Shown here: piece by piece, positions 29,484 to 39,664 of the stretch | Layout: each line of letters opens with the position of its first letter | How positions within the stretch are numbered: position 1 is the stretch's first letter | The notes under the pieces: model-generated | Told to the model about the DNA's origin: nothing | The model's database searches: none | What the model saw: the letters and a program-made list of their open reading frames with translations, nothing else | Made by a program: the position numbers and the translations under genes | From: a bacterium | GTDB taxonomy: Bacteria; Patescibacteriota; Gracilibacteria; UBA1369; GCA-2718715 | Direction: 5' to 3' | Assembly: GCA_018662325.1 (NCBI GenBank) | Contig: JABJGM010000014.1 | Coordinates: 8,237-72,236, forward strand | Length of the DNA: 64,000 nt

Positions 29484-31253
29484 CTACTTCCATATAAAGT
29501 CCCAGTCGGGCAAAAATTTCCAAGCCCAACTCAAAATAGTGTATCTTAATTCCGCTCCTCTAAAATTAGCTCCTCTTAAAACGGCCCCTTCTAAATTAGC
29601 GCCTTCTAAATTTACTCCAGTCAAATCAGCTCCTCTTAAAACGACGTCTTCTAAATTAGCGCCTTCTAAATTTGCTCCAGTCAAATCAGCATAACTTAAA
29701 TCAGAATAACTTAAATCTGCAAAACTTAGATCTAATCCACTTAAATCTGCTCTTTTTAAATATAGACCTTTTAAATCAGCTTTTATTAAATTTAGCATAC
29801 TAAAGCTTGCATCGTATTTATCATTAATGTTTTTCACAAAAGAAACATTCATCCTCAGAAATGGATTTATTTGTATTTCAGAATCAGAAAAATAAGGAGT
29901 AATATTTTCAAATCTCACATCCAAAATACAAAATTCAACATCACTCGTACACAATCCTAAAGTGGAATCAGTAAAATCACACTTTATTAAGACAGTTGAT
30001 TCGGTTAAAAAAAACTGATAGGCTGAAATACCTCTTAAATCACAAGATATAAATTTACCAAAAATTACATCATCGAAACACGCAAGTTCAAATTTGCAAT
30101 TCTTGAAAGTAACATTAGATAAATCAAGTCCAGCTAAATTACATTTAGAAAAATTACAATTAACCAAAGATGTTTTTTCTTTAAAATTTAAATTACGTAA
30201 ATCTACTCCTTCTAAATTAGCCTCATTTAAACAAATTCCTTCTAAATCAGCTCCTTCTAAATTTGCTCCACTTAAATCAGTCCCATGTAAATTAGCTTCA
30301 TTTAAATTAGCTCCTTCTAAATTTGCTCCTCTTAAATCTATTCCACAGATGTCTCCTTCGCAATTATACCAACATAAATCAGCCCCTTCTAAATTTGCTC
30401 CTTTTAAATTTGCTGTTTTTAAATTAATTCTTTCTAAACTTGCTCCCCTTAAATCAGCTCCTTCTAAATTTGCTCCTCTTAAATTTGCTGTTTTTAAATT
30501 AATTCTTTCTAAACTTGCTCCCCTTAAATCAGCTCCTTCTAAATTGGCATTAATTAAATTAGCACCACTTAAATTTGCTCCCATTAAATTAACACCTTCT
30601 AAATTTGCTCCCATTAAATTAACACCTTCTAAATTAGCTCCTTGTAAATTAGCTCGCATTAAACTAGAATTACTAAAATCTGCATCAAATTTATCATTAA
30701 CGTTTTTCACAAAAGAAACATTCATCCTCAGAAATGGAATTATTTGTATTTCAGAATCAGAAAAATAAGGAGTAATATTTTCAAATTTAACATCCAAGAT
30801 ACAAAATTCATAATCACTCGTACACAATCCTAAAGTAGAATCAGTGAAATCACACTTTATTAATACAGTTGATTCAGTAACGAAAAATTGATAAGCAGAA
30901 ATACCTCTTAAATCACAAGAAATAAATTTACCAAAAGTTACATCATTGAAACATGCAAATTCAAAATTACAATTCTTAAAAGTAACAGAAGAAAAATCAA
31001 GTTCAGCTAAATTACAATTCGAAAAATTACAATTAATGAAAGTTATTTCTTGTGCAAAATTTAAATGACTTAAATTTTTACCCGAAAAATCTCTATCAGC
31101 TATTTCACCACATTGATTCAATAACAATTCAGTTTCAACCGAAATGTCACATTGAATTTCATCTTGGATTTCACTTTGATTAAAATCTAAATTAGATCCA
31201 ATTAATTTTTCTTTTCCATCATCTATTTCTGGAGTCTTATATTTATTATCCAT
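29484..31253 (-). CDS. Pentapeptide-repeat protein with an internally duplicated Cys/Phe-rich module
   Basis: GANLE/GADLR repeats; module NCNFS...PYFSDSEIQI.PFLRMNVSFVKN.NDK.DA present twice, 873 nt apart. Confidence 0.92.
   Translation of the reverse strand: MDNKYKTPEIDDGKEKLIGSNLDFNQSEIQDEIQCDISVETELLLNQCGEIADRDFSGKNLSHLNFAQEITFINCNFSNCNLAELDFSSVTFKNCNFEFACFNDVTFGKFISCDLRGISAYQFFVTESTVLIKCDFTDSTLGLCTSDYEFCILDVKFENITPYFSDSEIQIIPFLRMNVSFVKNVNDKFDADFSNSSLMRANLQGANLEGVNLMGANLEGVNLMGANLSGANLINANLEGADLRGASLERINLKTANLRGANLEGADLRGASLERINLKTANLKGANLEGADLCWYNCEGDICGIDLRGANLEGANLNEANLHGTDLSGANLEGADLEGICLNEANLEGVDLRNLNFKEKTSLVNCNFSKCNLAGLDLSNVTFKNCKFELACFDDVIFGKFISCDLRGISAYQFFLTESTVLIKCDFTDSTLGLCTSDVEFCILDVRFENITPYFSDSEIQINPFLRMNVSFVKNINDKYDASFSMLNLIKADLKGLYLKRADLSGLDLSFADLSYSDLSYADLTGANLEGANLEDVVLRGADLTGVNLEGANLEGAVLRGANFRGAELRYTILSWAWKFLPDWDFIWK
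30404..30545. repeat. About 67-nt exact direct repeat at 75-nt spacing within the pentapeptide array
   Basis: Encodes NLEGADLRGASLERINLKTANL twice. Confidence 0.9.
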
Positions 31254-31276
31254 TTTTTATAATTAAGTTTTTCCAT

Positions 31277-31304
31277 ATTTTACCACTTGATAGTAAAATG
31301 TCAA
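31277..31304 (-). promoter_or_regulatory. sigma70 promoter with extended -10 and overlapping inverted repeat
   Basis: TTGACA (31304-299), 16 nt, TGgTAAAAT; ATTTTAC-N9-GTAAAAT palindrome. Confidence 0.6.
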
Positions 31305-31332
31305 CCTGATTACAAAATTAAAAAATATAAAA

Positions 31333-32310
31333 CTAGATTTTTAAATATAATTGACCATCATCAGCGTCAATCATACACCTCCCCCCAATTGGAAAAGTAA
31401 ACATAGGATTTGTGTGACCAAAATCAAGATTATAAATAATTGGAATATTAAAATCCTTAAATTTTTTAGCAAAAATATATTCAAGCTCTTCAAAAGTAGT
31501 TTTAGATTGAGTTCGCATTCTACCAAAAACAATAGCTTTAATAGACTTAGCATTAGGCTGCTGCAACAAAGAGGTGAAATTTCTATCTAAAACCCACTTA
31601 AAAACATCTTCAAAGCATCCATCCTCCTCTAAAAACAAAATCTTATCCTTTAAATCCGGATAATACTTAGTCCCCTGCAATAATTGTAAAGTACACATAT
31701 TACCTCCAACAATTTTGCCCTCAGCCTTCCCCTCTCTAAAAATCTTAGGACCACTATTTTTTATAAAATTACGATTGGCTTGATCTTTCTTCCATCTATC
31801 CTCCGACCAAAATTCTGAAGGTAAAACATCAAAACTTCCATCATCAATAAGCATCTTTATAAAATAATCCAATGTATATTCAAATCCATACTTCATAGCA
31901 AAAGAACCAAAATTTGGTCCAGAATAAGTAACAAGACCAGTTTTAGCATAAATTGCATTACTTAATGCAGTTATATCAGAGTAACCACAAAATATCTTTG
32001 GATTCTTTTTAATTAAATCGTAATTCAAAATTTCAAGTAACTCATTAGCAGGAAATCCACCTCTAACGGCAATTATAGCCTTTACATTCTCATCAGCAAA
32101 AGCTTCATTCAAATCCTCTGCTCTTTTAATTGGATCAGAAGTATTTAATAGATCATGTTCATAGAAATTTTTAGAAAAAGAAATCTTAAAACCCAAACTT
32201 TCCAATTTTTCTTTAGCCAATGTTATAATTTTTTGATCAACAGTTTTTGCACTACAACTAGGAGCAATAATTCTTATCTCATCTCCTTTTTTTAATTTTT
32301 CAGGAATCAT
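31333..32310 (-). CDS. S66 family peptidase (LD-carboxypeptidase / MccF-like)
   Basis: IIAPS, RGG, GYSDIT (Ser), FLEE (Glu), FGHT (His). Confidence 0.92.
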   Translation of the reverse strand: MIPEKLKKGDEIRIIAPSCSAKTVDQKIITLAKEKLESLGFKISFSKNFYEHDLLNTSDPIKRAEDLNEAFADENVKAIIAVRGGFPANELLEILNYDLIKKNPKIFCGYSDITALSNAIYAKTGLVTYSGPNFGSFAMKYGFEYTLDYFIKMLIDDGSFDVLPSEFWSEDRWKKDQANRNFIKNSGPKIFREGKAEGKIVGGNMCTLQLLQGTKYYPDLKDKILFLEEDGCFEDVFKWVLDRNFTSLLQQPNAKSIKAIVFGRMRTQSKTTFEELEYIFAKKFKDFNIPIIYNLDFGHTNPMFTFPIGGRCMIDADDGQLYLKI

Positions 32311-32436
32311 AATTAAGACAAATTAATAACATTTACAAGTATAATAAAAGAATTAAAAAATAAAAACATCTTTAAAAGATTCCAGCAATGAAAAAACAAT
32401 CCTAAAACACAAATAAAAATGTTAATATATTAAAAA

Positions 32437-33483
32437 ATGCAAAATTTTGATTACAAAATCCTCAATAGCAAAAAAATAGAATTACACGGAAGCATTCAAG
32501 CAAAAAACGAGCAAGAAGCTAAAGATAAACTATTGAATTTAGGTTATGAGATTTTAGAATTAAGAGCAAAAGATCAAAAAAAGCATAAAGAAAATAAAAA
32601 TTTAGTAAATTATAAATTTGAAGGTTATCAAAACTCTAAATTTATAGACGGAAATATACAGGCTAAGAGTTTTAATCAAGCACTTACAGAATTAACACAA
32701 CAGTATCAAATCCAAGTCGAAAAGTTAGCACAAACAAATGCAAGCCAAAACGATTTTAATGAAAGTAAACTTAAAATTAATAACTTTTTAAAAAGAGTAG
32801 ATTTTTATTCAAAAAAAGATAATAGCGAAAAAAATAATAATCTTGAAGAAATATATATATTTATAGAATCATTAAGTGAAGACTTTAATCATTACTTTAA
32901 AGAATCTGGAATTCAGGATATTAAAAATTTACAAAAACAATACACACAAATAAAAAACTCAAATAACAAAGCTCAAAAAGTAAGAATCCTAAAATCAATT
33001 TTCAAGTGTTTATTAAATGATAAAATATATAAAAAATCAGCATCAATATCAGGATTAAAATATATATTTAAAGAGACAATTAATATTTTTCATAAAATTA
33101 GCCATAAAAACTCAATAAATTTAAATATTGATAAACTACAAATTTTGTTAACAACAGGATCAAAAACAGTTAGAGAAACTATTTTCAACGAATTTGTAAA
33201 CTTAGATAACCGTTTTATTCAAAAAATAAATTTGAATGAAATTATACAAGATATTAAAAGCATAGGATTGATTGGAACGTTAATTTTCTTCTCAGCTATA
33301 TTTTTAGTAAATCTGAAAATTATAAAAATTGAGATTCCAACAGCTTGGTATAAAGTTGGAATTTTATTCTTTTCAGTGTATTCTAGCTATAACTTAAATA
33401 ATCTATTATCCAAATTCAATAATAAAATTTATCTTATAATGAGTTTGAATATCATTAATCTATTTCTACTAATAAAAATTTAA
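32437..33483 (+). CDS. Membrane protein with two PilC/GspF-like N-terminal motifs
   Basis: FDYK...GSIQAKNEQEAKDKL...GYEILEL and YKFEG...GNIQAKSFNQALTEL; C-terminal TM helices. Confidence 0.6.
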   Translation: MQNFDYKILNSKKIELHGSIQAKNEQEAKDKLLNLGYEILELRAKDQKKHKENKNLVNYKFEGYQNSKFIDGNIQAKSFNQALTELTQQYQIQVEKLAQTNASQNDFNESKLKINNFLKRVDFYSKKDNSEKNNNLEEIYIFIESLSEDFNHYFKESGIQDIKNLQKQYTQIKNSNNKAQKVRILKSIFKCLLNDKIYKKSASISGLKYIFKETINIFHKISHKNSINLNIDKLQILLTTGSKTVRETIFNEFVNLDNRFIQKINLNEIIQDIKSIGLIGTLIFFSAIFLVNLKIIKIEIPTAWYKVGILFFSVYSSYNLNNLLSKFNNKIYLIMSLNIINLFLLIKI

Positions 33484-34260
33484 ATGTTTCCAACCATATT
33501 CCATATTGGATTTCTAAAAATTAGTACACTATCAGTCTTTTCACTAGGAGCTTTAATAACTTTTTTTGTCTCATTAATCTACTTAACTAAAAAAAGTCGA
33601 TTAAGAATACAATTTCTTGCAAGCTCTTACAAAGGTATGATTCTTTCGGGTATAATCATAGGAAGATTATTTGAAGTAATAGCAAATCTAAACTTTTACT
33701 GGTATGAAATATCTCTATCATCACTTTATAAAAGTATAGCAATTTGGCAAAATGCAGAAATATCACTTTTCGGATTTTGTATTGGATTTACACTGTATTT
33801 TTTAAGGCAAATATACTATAAACAAGAGAACCTCAGGAAATGGGCAGATATTTTTATAATATCAACCTTTATAAGTTTAAGTATTTACTGCATTGGTACT
33901 CTATTTGCAGGACTTAACTACGGAAGAGTAACAGAATCATTCATTGGAATAACATTCAACAATCCTTTAGTAAAATACACACTTCCAATTTACCCTACAC
34001 AAATATTCGCAAGCCTTTATAACATTTTTTTAGCTGGATATTGCTACAATCAGTACACTAAAACAAAACATAAACTAGATGGATATTTATTTCTTCAAGG
34101 GGTATTTCTATTCTCAATATTTAGATTTACAGAAAGCTTATTCAGAGGGGATGATACTTTTACAATCTGGATTCTAAGATACCCAACAATTCTAAGTTTC
34201 ATAGGCCTTTACTTAGGATTTAAGGCTTTAACAAGATATGAGAAAAAATTCATAAAATAA
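33484..34260 (+). CDS. lgt: Prolipoprotein diacylglyceryl transferase family protein (divergent)
   Basis: MFPTIFHIG, IIGRL, YGRVT...GITF, YPTQ, FRF...FRGD. Confidence 0.78.
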   Translation: MFPTIFHIGFLKISTLSVFSLGALITFFVSLIYLTKKSRLRIQFLASSYKGMILSGIIIGRLFEVIANLNFYWYEISLSSLYKSIAIWQNAEISLFGFCIGFTLYFLRQIYYKQENLRKWADIFIISTFISLSIYCIGTLFAGLNYGRVTESFIGITFNNPLVKYTLPIYPTQIFASLYNIFLAGYCYNQYTKTKHKLDGYLFLQGVFLFSIFRFTESLFRGDDTFTIWILRYPTILSFIGLYLGFKALTRYEKKFIK

Positions 34261-34284
34261 AAAAAGAGCATTAATTGCTCTTTT
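34257..34284. terminator. Bidirectional intrinsic terminator
   Basis: AAAAGAGCA-ttaat-TGCTCTTTT between convergent lgt and greA. Confidence 0.8.
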
Positions 34285-34293
34285 AAAATTAAT

Positions 34294-34761
34294 TTAAGAT
34301 ACTTTCAATATCTTATAAGACATTTCACCACCAGGAGCTTTAAATCCAACAGTATCACCTTTTGTCTTACCTATCATTGAAGCTCCTAAAGGAGATTCAT
34401 TAGAAATCTTACTTTCGAAAACATTAGCTTCCATAGAACCTACTATTTCATACTCAACTTTAACTTTTTCAGTTAAGTCCTCAAGAGAAACTTTACATCC
34501 AACTTGTACAGTATTATCTCCAGCTACTTTTTCTACAACTTGAGCATTTTTAACTTGTGATTCTAGTTGTAATATTTTACCTTCCAGCGCGGCTTGCTCA
34601 TCTTTAGCATCATGATATTCAGCATTCTCACTTAAATCACCAAATTTTAAAGCCTCTGCGATTTTATCTGCAACTTCTCTTCTTCGAGTAGTTTTTAAAA
34701 CTTCTAAATCTTGTTTTAATTTTTCTAACCCTTCAAGAGTTACAACGAATTTTTTTGACAT
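34294..34761 (-). CDS. greA: Transcription elongation factor GreA
   Basis: GDLSENAEYHDAK, ISNESPLG. Confidence 0.97.
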   Translation of the reverse strand: MSKKFVVTLEGLEKLKQDLEVLKTTRRREVADKIAEALKFGDLSENAEYHDAKDEQAALEGKILQLESQVKNAQVVEKVAGDNTVQVGCKVSLEDLTEKVKVEYEIVGSMEANVFESKISNESPLGASMIGKTKGDTVGFKAPGGEMSYKILKVS

Positions 34762-34770
34762 TTATAAAAA

Positions 34771-36012
34771 TTAAATATTACGTATTTTTGAGCTTTTTGG
34801 GTGCTCTCTTAATTTTTGAAGAACTTTAGCTTCAATTTGACGAATTCTTTCTCGAGTTACATTAAACTTTTTACCAACTTCTTCAAGGGTTAAAGCTATT
34901 CCATCTTTAAGACCAAATCTTAATTCAATAATCATTCTTTCCCTATCAGTAAGATACTGTAAAATCTCATGAATCTTTTCTTTTATTAAATTTCTGTTAG
35001 TTACCTCTGAAGGAGATAAACTTTCATCATCTGGTATAAAATCAGCAAGCTTTGAATCCTCTTCAGAACCAACCGGTGACTCTAGAGATACAATTTCTTG
35101 TGAAATTTTCATTATATGCCGTACTTTCTTAACTTCCAAATCCATTTCAGCAGCTAATTCCTCTACAAGTGGTTCACGACCTAACTCCTGAACTAATCTT
35201 CTTTGAGTATGAGTTAACTTATTAATAGTTTCAACCATATGAACTGGTATTCTAATAGTTCTAGCCTGATCAGCAATAGCTCTAGTTATAGCTTGTCTAA
35301 TCCACCATGTAGCATACGTCGAAAACTTAAATCCTCTGTCAGGATCAAACTTTTCAACAGCACGAAACAGACCTAAATTTCCCTCTTGAATTAAATCTGA
35401 AAAACTTAATCCTCTACCAATATATTTTTTTGCAATAGAAACAACTAAACGCAAGTTTGCAGTTGCAAGCTTACCTTTAGCCTCTTGATCTCCTTGTCGT
35501 ATTTTTTGAGCAAGATCAATTTCATCCTTACCTGAAAGTAAATCAACTTGTCCAATCTCACATAAATACATTCTAATTGAATCGTTAGAAATATCAGAAA
35601 GATTAACTTTCATAACTTCCTTTTCTTTAGTTTCAGTTTCTTTCAGGTCATCATCTGATGGTTCAGAAGGCGTACCTAATTTAGCTTCAACTGACTTAAT
35701 TAAAGCTTCATCTTTTTTTGCAGTTTTAGCTTTCTTCTTATCTGTATCCTGTGTATCACAAGAAAGATTTTTCAATTGCATTTTTTGAAGTTTTTTTCTA
35801 GAAACTACATCTACACCTAAATCAAAAAACATCTCATAAACTTGATCCATAAGTTCCAAATTATCGAGATTATCCACAAAAGCAAATTGTACTTCTTGCT
35901 CTGTAACAAAGTTTTGTTGTTTACCTTTTTTAATCAATGCTTGTATTTCTTTTGGCAAATCTTTTATTTTCCCATCTAAATCATGAGTTATAAATTTGCG
36001 TAATTTAGCCAT
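34771..36012 (-). CDS. rpoD: Primary sigma factor
   Basis: [42 protein letters not shown]. Confidence 0.97.
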   Translation of the reverse strand: MAKLRKFITHDLDGKIKDLPKEIQALIKKGKQQNFVTEQEVQFAFVDNLDNLELMDQVYEMFFDLGVDVVSRKKLQKMQLKNLSCDTQDTDKKKAKTAKKDEALIKSVEAKLGTPSEPSDDDLKETETKEKEVMKVNLSDISNDSIRMYLCEIGQVDLLSGKDEIDLAQKIRQGDQEAKGKLATANLRLVVSIAKKYIGRGLSFSDLIQEGNLGLFRAVEKFDPDRGFKFSTYATWWIRQAITRAIADQARTIRIPVHMVETINKLTHTQRRLVQELGREPLVEELAAEMDLEVKKVRHIMKISQEIVSLESPVGSEEDSKLADFIPDDESLSPSEVTNRNLIKEKIHEILQYLTDRERMIIELRFGLKDGIALTLEEVGKKFNVTRERIRQIEAKVLQKLREHPKSSKIRNI

Positions 36013-36076
36013 CTTTAAATTGTTTTAAAACATGCCTATTATATGCAAAATTATATCAATTTGGCAACTAAAAAAT

Positions 36077-37765
36077 TTATTTTTTCATTAAACTTTGTAA
36101 TTCTTTCAATAATTCAATGTTATTTCTATTATCAACACTAGAAAGCTGTCTTTGTATTTCGGCAATTCTTTGCTTTTTATACTGATTAGATATTCTATTA
36201 AAACATTTTTCTATTTCGATTTTTAAATTTAATTTATCAAACTTTAATCCCTTAAGCTCTAGTTCCATGAGTCTTACCTTTAAAAAGTTAAAATCAATAT
36301 TATCAAAATTAAAATCATTAGTTTTAATTACATTGAAAAATTTTACATCTTTTAAATAATGAAAATTATCAATAATTAATTTTTTGTACTCAGAAATATT
36401 TTCCAAATCAGAATAAAGTAACAAAGCCAAATAATCCGCAAGTTTTAAATCAAATTTAGTAGATTTAACAATGTCAACTTCAACTTTTTGGTTTTTCTGA
36501 AAAGACTTAAATTTCGAAAGTAATTTTTCCTTAGGAAGATCTAACAAATCAGATATTTCTCTAATCCAAATTTCAGTGATAATTTCATCAGACAAAACAA
36601 ATAATATCTTAAAAACAGATTCAAGAAAATTTTGTAGGGACTTAGTATTATTTTGAGTTATTTTTTTTTCAGGTAAATACAAATTTTGATAAAAAGAAAT
36701 TAAATTTAGTGGCCTTTTTATAGCTTCAGTAAAAACACTAGGATTTTCATTAAAACAATCTGCAGGATCCTTGAATTCACCAAGATCCATAATATAAATT
36801 TGATCAGTAAACCTAGCTATAATCTCTGAAGTACTTGCAACCGCTCTTTTACCAGCTTTATCATTGTCTAAACAAAAAATAAATCTTTCAGCAAATCTAG
36901 ATAACAACTTAACTTGCCCCTCTGTTAAAGCAGTGCCACATACAGCTACTGTATTTTTAAATCCATTTTGATAACATGCAATTTGATCAAAATAACCTTC
37001 AACTAGAATAACTGTCTTAGTTTCTCTTACACGATCTTTAGCTTTATCAAAACCATATAAAGTTTGATTTTTCTTGTAAATAAATGTCTCTGGTGAGTTT
37101 AAATACTTTGCTTTTTGATTTTCCAATAATTTACGGCCACCAAAAGCAATCACATTTCCTCTTGAATCACTTATAGGAATCATTAAACGATCCTTGAATT
37201 TGCACTCCAGATAACCAGCTTTATGAGTAAAAGAGCCACTGTCAATCATATTTTGCTTTGTGAATCCTTTTTTAGTAAGTAAATCAACATAAACTTTCGA
37301 ATCCATATTGCAAAGGCCTAAATCAAATTCTTTAATTACAGAGTCTTTAATCCCCCTCTGTCTTAAGTAATTTAAATTTTCTGGAGACTTTGATAATTCT
37401 TTTTGAAAAATTTTAGATAAGAATTCTTGAAGTTCAAAAACACGATTTTTTTTCTCAATATCTTTTGAAGTTGGCATCTTCATGGTTTCAATATTCACAC
37501 CAGTTTTCAATGCTAAATCTTTAAGAGCCTCTTGAAAATTACAATTCTCTACCAACTGATAGAAAGTAAAAATATCACCTCCTTGATTGGTTGAAAAACA
37601 AAAAGCTATATCTTTTTGAGGCGAAACATAAAAGCTAGGGGTTTTTTCACTTGTAAAAGGACTTAAACCTTTAAAGTAAGCACCCGCTTTTTTTAACTGA
37701 ACATAATCTGAAACTAACTCTACAATTCCAAGCTTAGATTTAATTTCTTGAACTGGATCTACCAT
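36077..37765 (-). CDS. dnaG: DNA primase
   Basis: EKTPSF, FGGR, KYLNSPET, VEGYFD, DNDKAG, KDP. Confidence 0.96.
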   Translation of the reverse strand: MVDPVQEIKSKLGIVELVSDYVQLKKAGAYFKGLSPFTSEKTPSFYVSPQKDIAFCFSTNQGGDIFTFYQLVENCNFQEALKDLALKTGVNIETMKMPTSKDIEKKNRVFELQEFLSKIFQKELSKSPENLNYLRQRGIKDSVIKEFDLGLCNMDSKVYVDLLTKKGFTKQNMIDSGSFTHKAGYLECKFKDRLMIPISDSRGNVIAFGGRKLLENQKAKYLNSPETFIYKKNQTLYGFDKAKDRVRETKTVILVEGYFDQIACYQNGFKNTVAVCGTALTEGQVKLLSRFAERFIFCLDNDKAGKRAVASTSEIIARFTDQIYIMDLGEFKDPADCFNENPSVFTEAIKRPLNLISFYQNLYLPEKKITQNNTKSLQNFLESVFKILFVLSDEIITEIWIREISDLLDLPKEKLLSKFKSFQKNQKVEVDIVKSTKFDLKLADYLALLLYSDLENISEYKKLIIDNFHYLKDVKFFNVIKTNDFNFDNIDFNFLKVRLMELELKGLKFDKLNLKIEIEKCFNRISNQYKKQRIAEIQRQLSSVDNRNNIELLKELQSLMKK

Positions 37766-37838
37766 ATAATAATTATTATTAACTTAAGACTAACAAATAT
37801 AGATTAATAAAAAAAGTTAAATAAAAATTAAAAACTTT

Positions 37839-38825
37839 TTAAACCTTTGATCTTCTCCAAACAAAATATATTAAATAAGTAAAAGAGACAAAAATCACAA
37901 TCAAACTAATCATTTTCAAATAAGTATTCCAAGCAAATATAGAAATCAATCCTAAAATAATTGAAACTAAAAAATAAATTAATGTAATGGTAGCTCTAGA
38001 AAAGTTAAGTTCTAAAAGCTTATGATGAAAATGATTCCTGTCACCAATAAAGGGTAATTTTTTATTGGAAAGCCTATAAAAAATAACAAACAAAGCATCA
38101 AGAATCGGAATCAAAAGGACAATTAACAAAGTAAACAACTTCCCACCAGCTACCATTGAAAAACATGCCAACAAGAATCCATAAAACATAGTACCTGAGT
38201 CTCCAACTAGAAATTTTGGGTTAGGACTAGGAAATTCAAACAAGAAGGCTAGGAAGCAAATTGCAGACATTAAAAAAGTCAAAACAATTAAATTAGATTG
38301 ATCTATTAAATGTAATTTAGGAACCAAAGATAAAATTCCTATCGTAAAAAAGGCAACACTTGAAACACCAGATGACAAACCTTCTACTCCATCTAAAAAA
38401 TTCATTACATTTGTAAGAAAAACAATCCAAAGAACCGAAACTAAAAAACCAAAACCACCAATAGATACTATTTCAAAATTAAGAGGATTTGTAACTTCAG
38501 TCAACTGAACTCCATTATAAACCACAAAACTAGCTAATAACAACTGAGATATCAATCTAATCAATGGATGTAAATTTAAAAAATCATCCACAAAAGCAAT
38601 TACAACAATTAAAAAAGATGCAATATAAATATAATAAAGACCAAGTATATCTACACCATAAAAATAACTAGCTATTAAAAAAATAAAGTATAATACTAAA
38701 CCAAAAGAATAAGGTACCGGTTTTCTTTTAAATCCATATTCCTTAGGCTTATCCAATAAATTAAATTTATTATAAATTATAAATCCAATATATAAAAAAA
38801 GACAACTTATCAATAAAAAATACAT
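37839..38825 (-). CDS. MraY/WecA family polyprenyl-phosphate GlcNAc-1-P transferase
   Basis: VDD, NVMNFLDGVEGL, GDSG, HFHHKL; about 10 TM segments. Confidence 0.9.
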   Translation of the reverse strand: MYFLLISCLFLYIGFIIYNKFNLLDKPKEYGFKRKPVPYSFGLVLYFIFLIASYFYGVDILGLYYIYIASFLIVVIAFVDDFLNLHPLIRLISQLLLASFVVYNGVQLTEVTNPLNFEIVSIGGFGFLVSVLWIVFLTNVMNFLDGVEGLSSGVSSVAFFTIGILSLVPKLHLIDQSNLIVLTFLMSAICFLAFLFEFPSPNPKFLVGDSGTMFYGFLLACFSMVAGGKLFTLLIVLLIPILDALFVIFYRLSNKKLPFIGDRNHFHHKLLELNFSRATITLIYFLVSIILGLISIFAWNTYLKMISLIVIFVSFTYLIYFVWRRSKV

Positions 38826-38826
38826 A

Positions 38827-39663
38827 CTAATTAATTAAAAATTTTTGTTTTTTAAAATCAAGCAAATTAACACTATAGTAAACTAAATTATCATCAAAGT
38901 AAGCAAAAATAAATTCATTATCACTATCCAACTTAGGAGCAATTCCATATTGCAACCTTTCAAATTCATCTAAAGAAATATCTACAAAATCAGCATCTGG
39001 AAAAACTTTTTTTAAATCATAATAAAGAATTTCTCCTCGATTAGAATCAAATATATTAAAAGGGCCAACAGAAATTCTATCCAAGGAATACATAAAAGCT
39101 TGCATATCTAAAAGTTTAGATATATCCCTTACTAAAGACCTAACATAAAAGCCTTCTCCACAAGAAATCTGCAATTTAAGAACAGGATTTTCAAAAGAAA
39201 GTATTTTATATTCATAAAAATTTACTAATTTTGGTTTTAAGTTTGTTTCAATTCCCTTTCTAGCTAAATCATAAGCTCGCTGACCATTAATCTTCTTAGC
39301 AGAAAAATCAGGAGGCAGTTGTTTATAAGATGGCATAATAGAAACCAAGTAATTTTCAATCTTCTGAATATCAATATCTAACTTATTAAAACTTAAAGAT
39401 TTCAAATCAACAAATTCAGCATCCAGAGAAGGACTAGATTCACCAAAGTAAATCTCCACTTCATAAATCTTTGGAAGCTTAGGAATAAATTCTATCAAAG
39501 GAGTTAATCCATTACTTGCAAAAGGTAAACAACCAGTAGCAAGAGGATCTAAAGTTCCCATATGACCAACTTTTTTTGTAGAAAGAGACTTCTTAACCTC
39601 AGATAAAGCTTTAAAAGAAGAAACTCCATAACCTTTATTTATCATCCCTAATTTGTGCTGCAT
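38827..39663 (-). CDS. truB: tRNA pseudouridine(55) synthase
   Basis: KVGHMGTLDPLATG, PPDFSAKKINGQRAYDLAR, GFYVRSL. Confidence 0.95.
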   Translation of the reverse strand: MQHKLGMINKGYGVSSFKALSEVKKSLSTKKVGHMGTLDPLATGCLPFASNGLTPLIEFIPKLPKIYEVEIYFGESSPSLDAEFVDLKSLSFNKLDIDIQKIENYLVSIMPSYKQLPPDFSAKKINGQRAYDLARKGIETNLKPKLVNFYEYKILSFENPVLKLQISCGEGFYVRSLVRDISKLLDMQAFMYSLDRISVGPFNIFDSNRGEILYYDLKKVFPDADFVDISLDEFERLQYGIAPKLDSDNEFIFAYFDDNLVYYSVNLLDFKKQKFLIN

Positions 39664-39664
39664 A

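Noticed and set aside
30094..30768. 224-aa + strand ORF (also 18162-18425 on -)
   Set aside because: Antisense shadow of pentapeptide repeats (KLAP/KFAP periodicity)
29800..31070. DGR template/variable repeat pair (also considered for 43508-45187)
   Set aside because: Mismatches involve all bases in both directions and many are synonymous; no reverse transcriptase in the window
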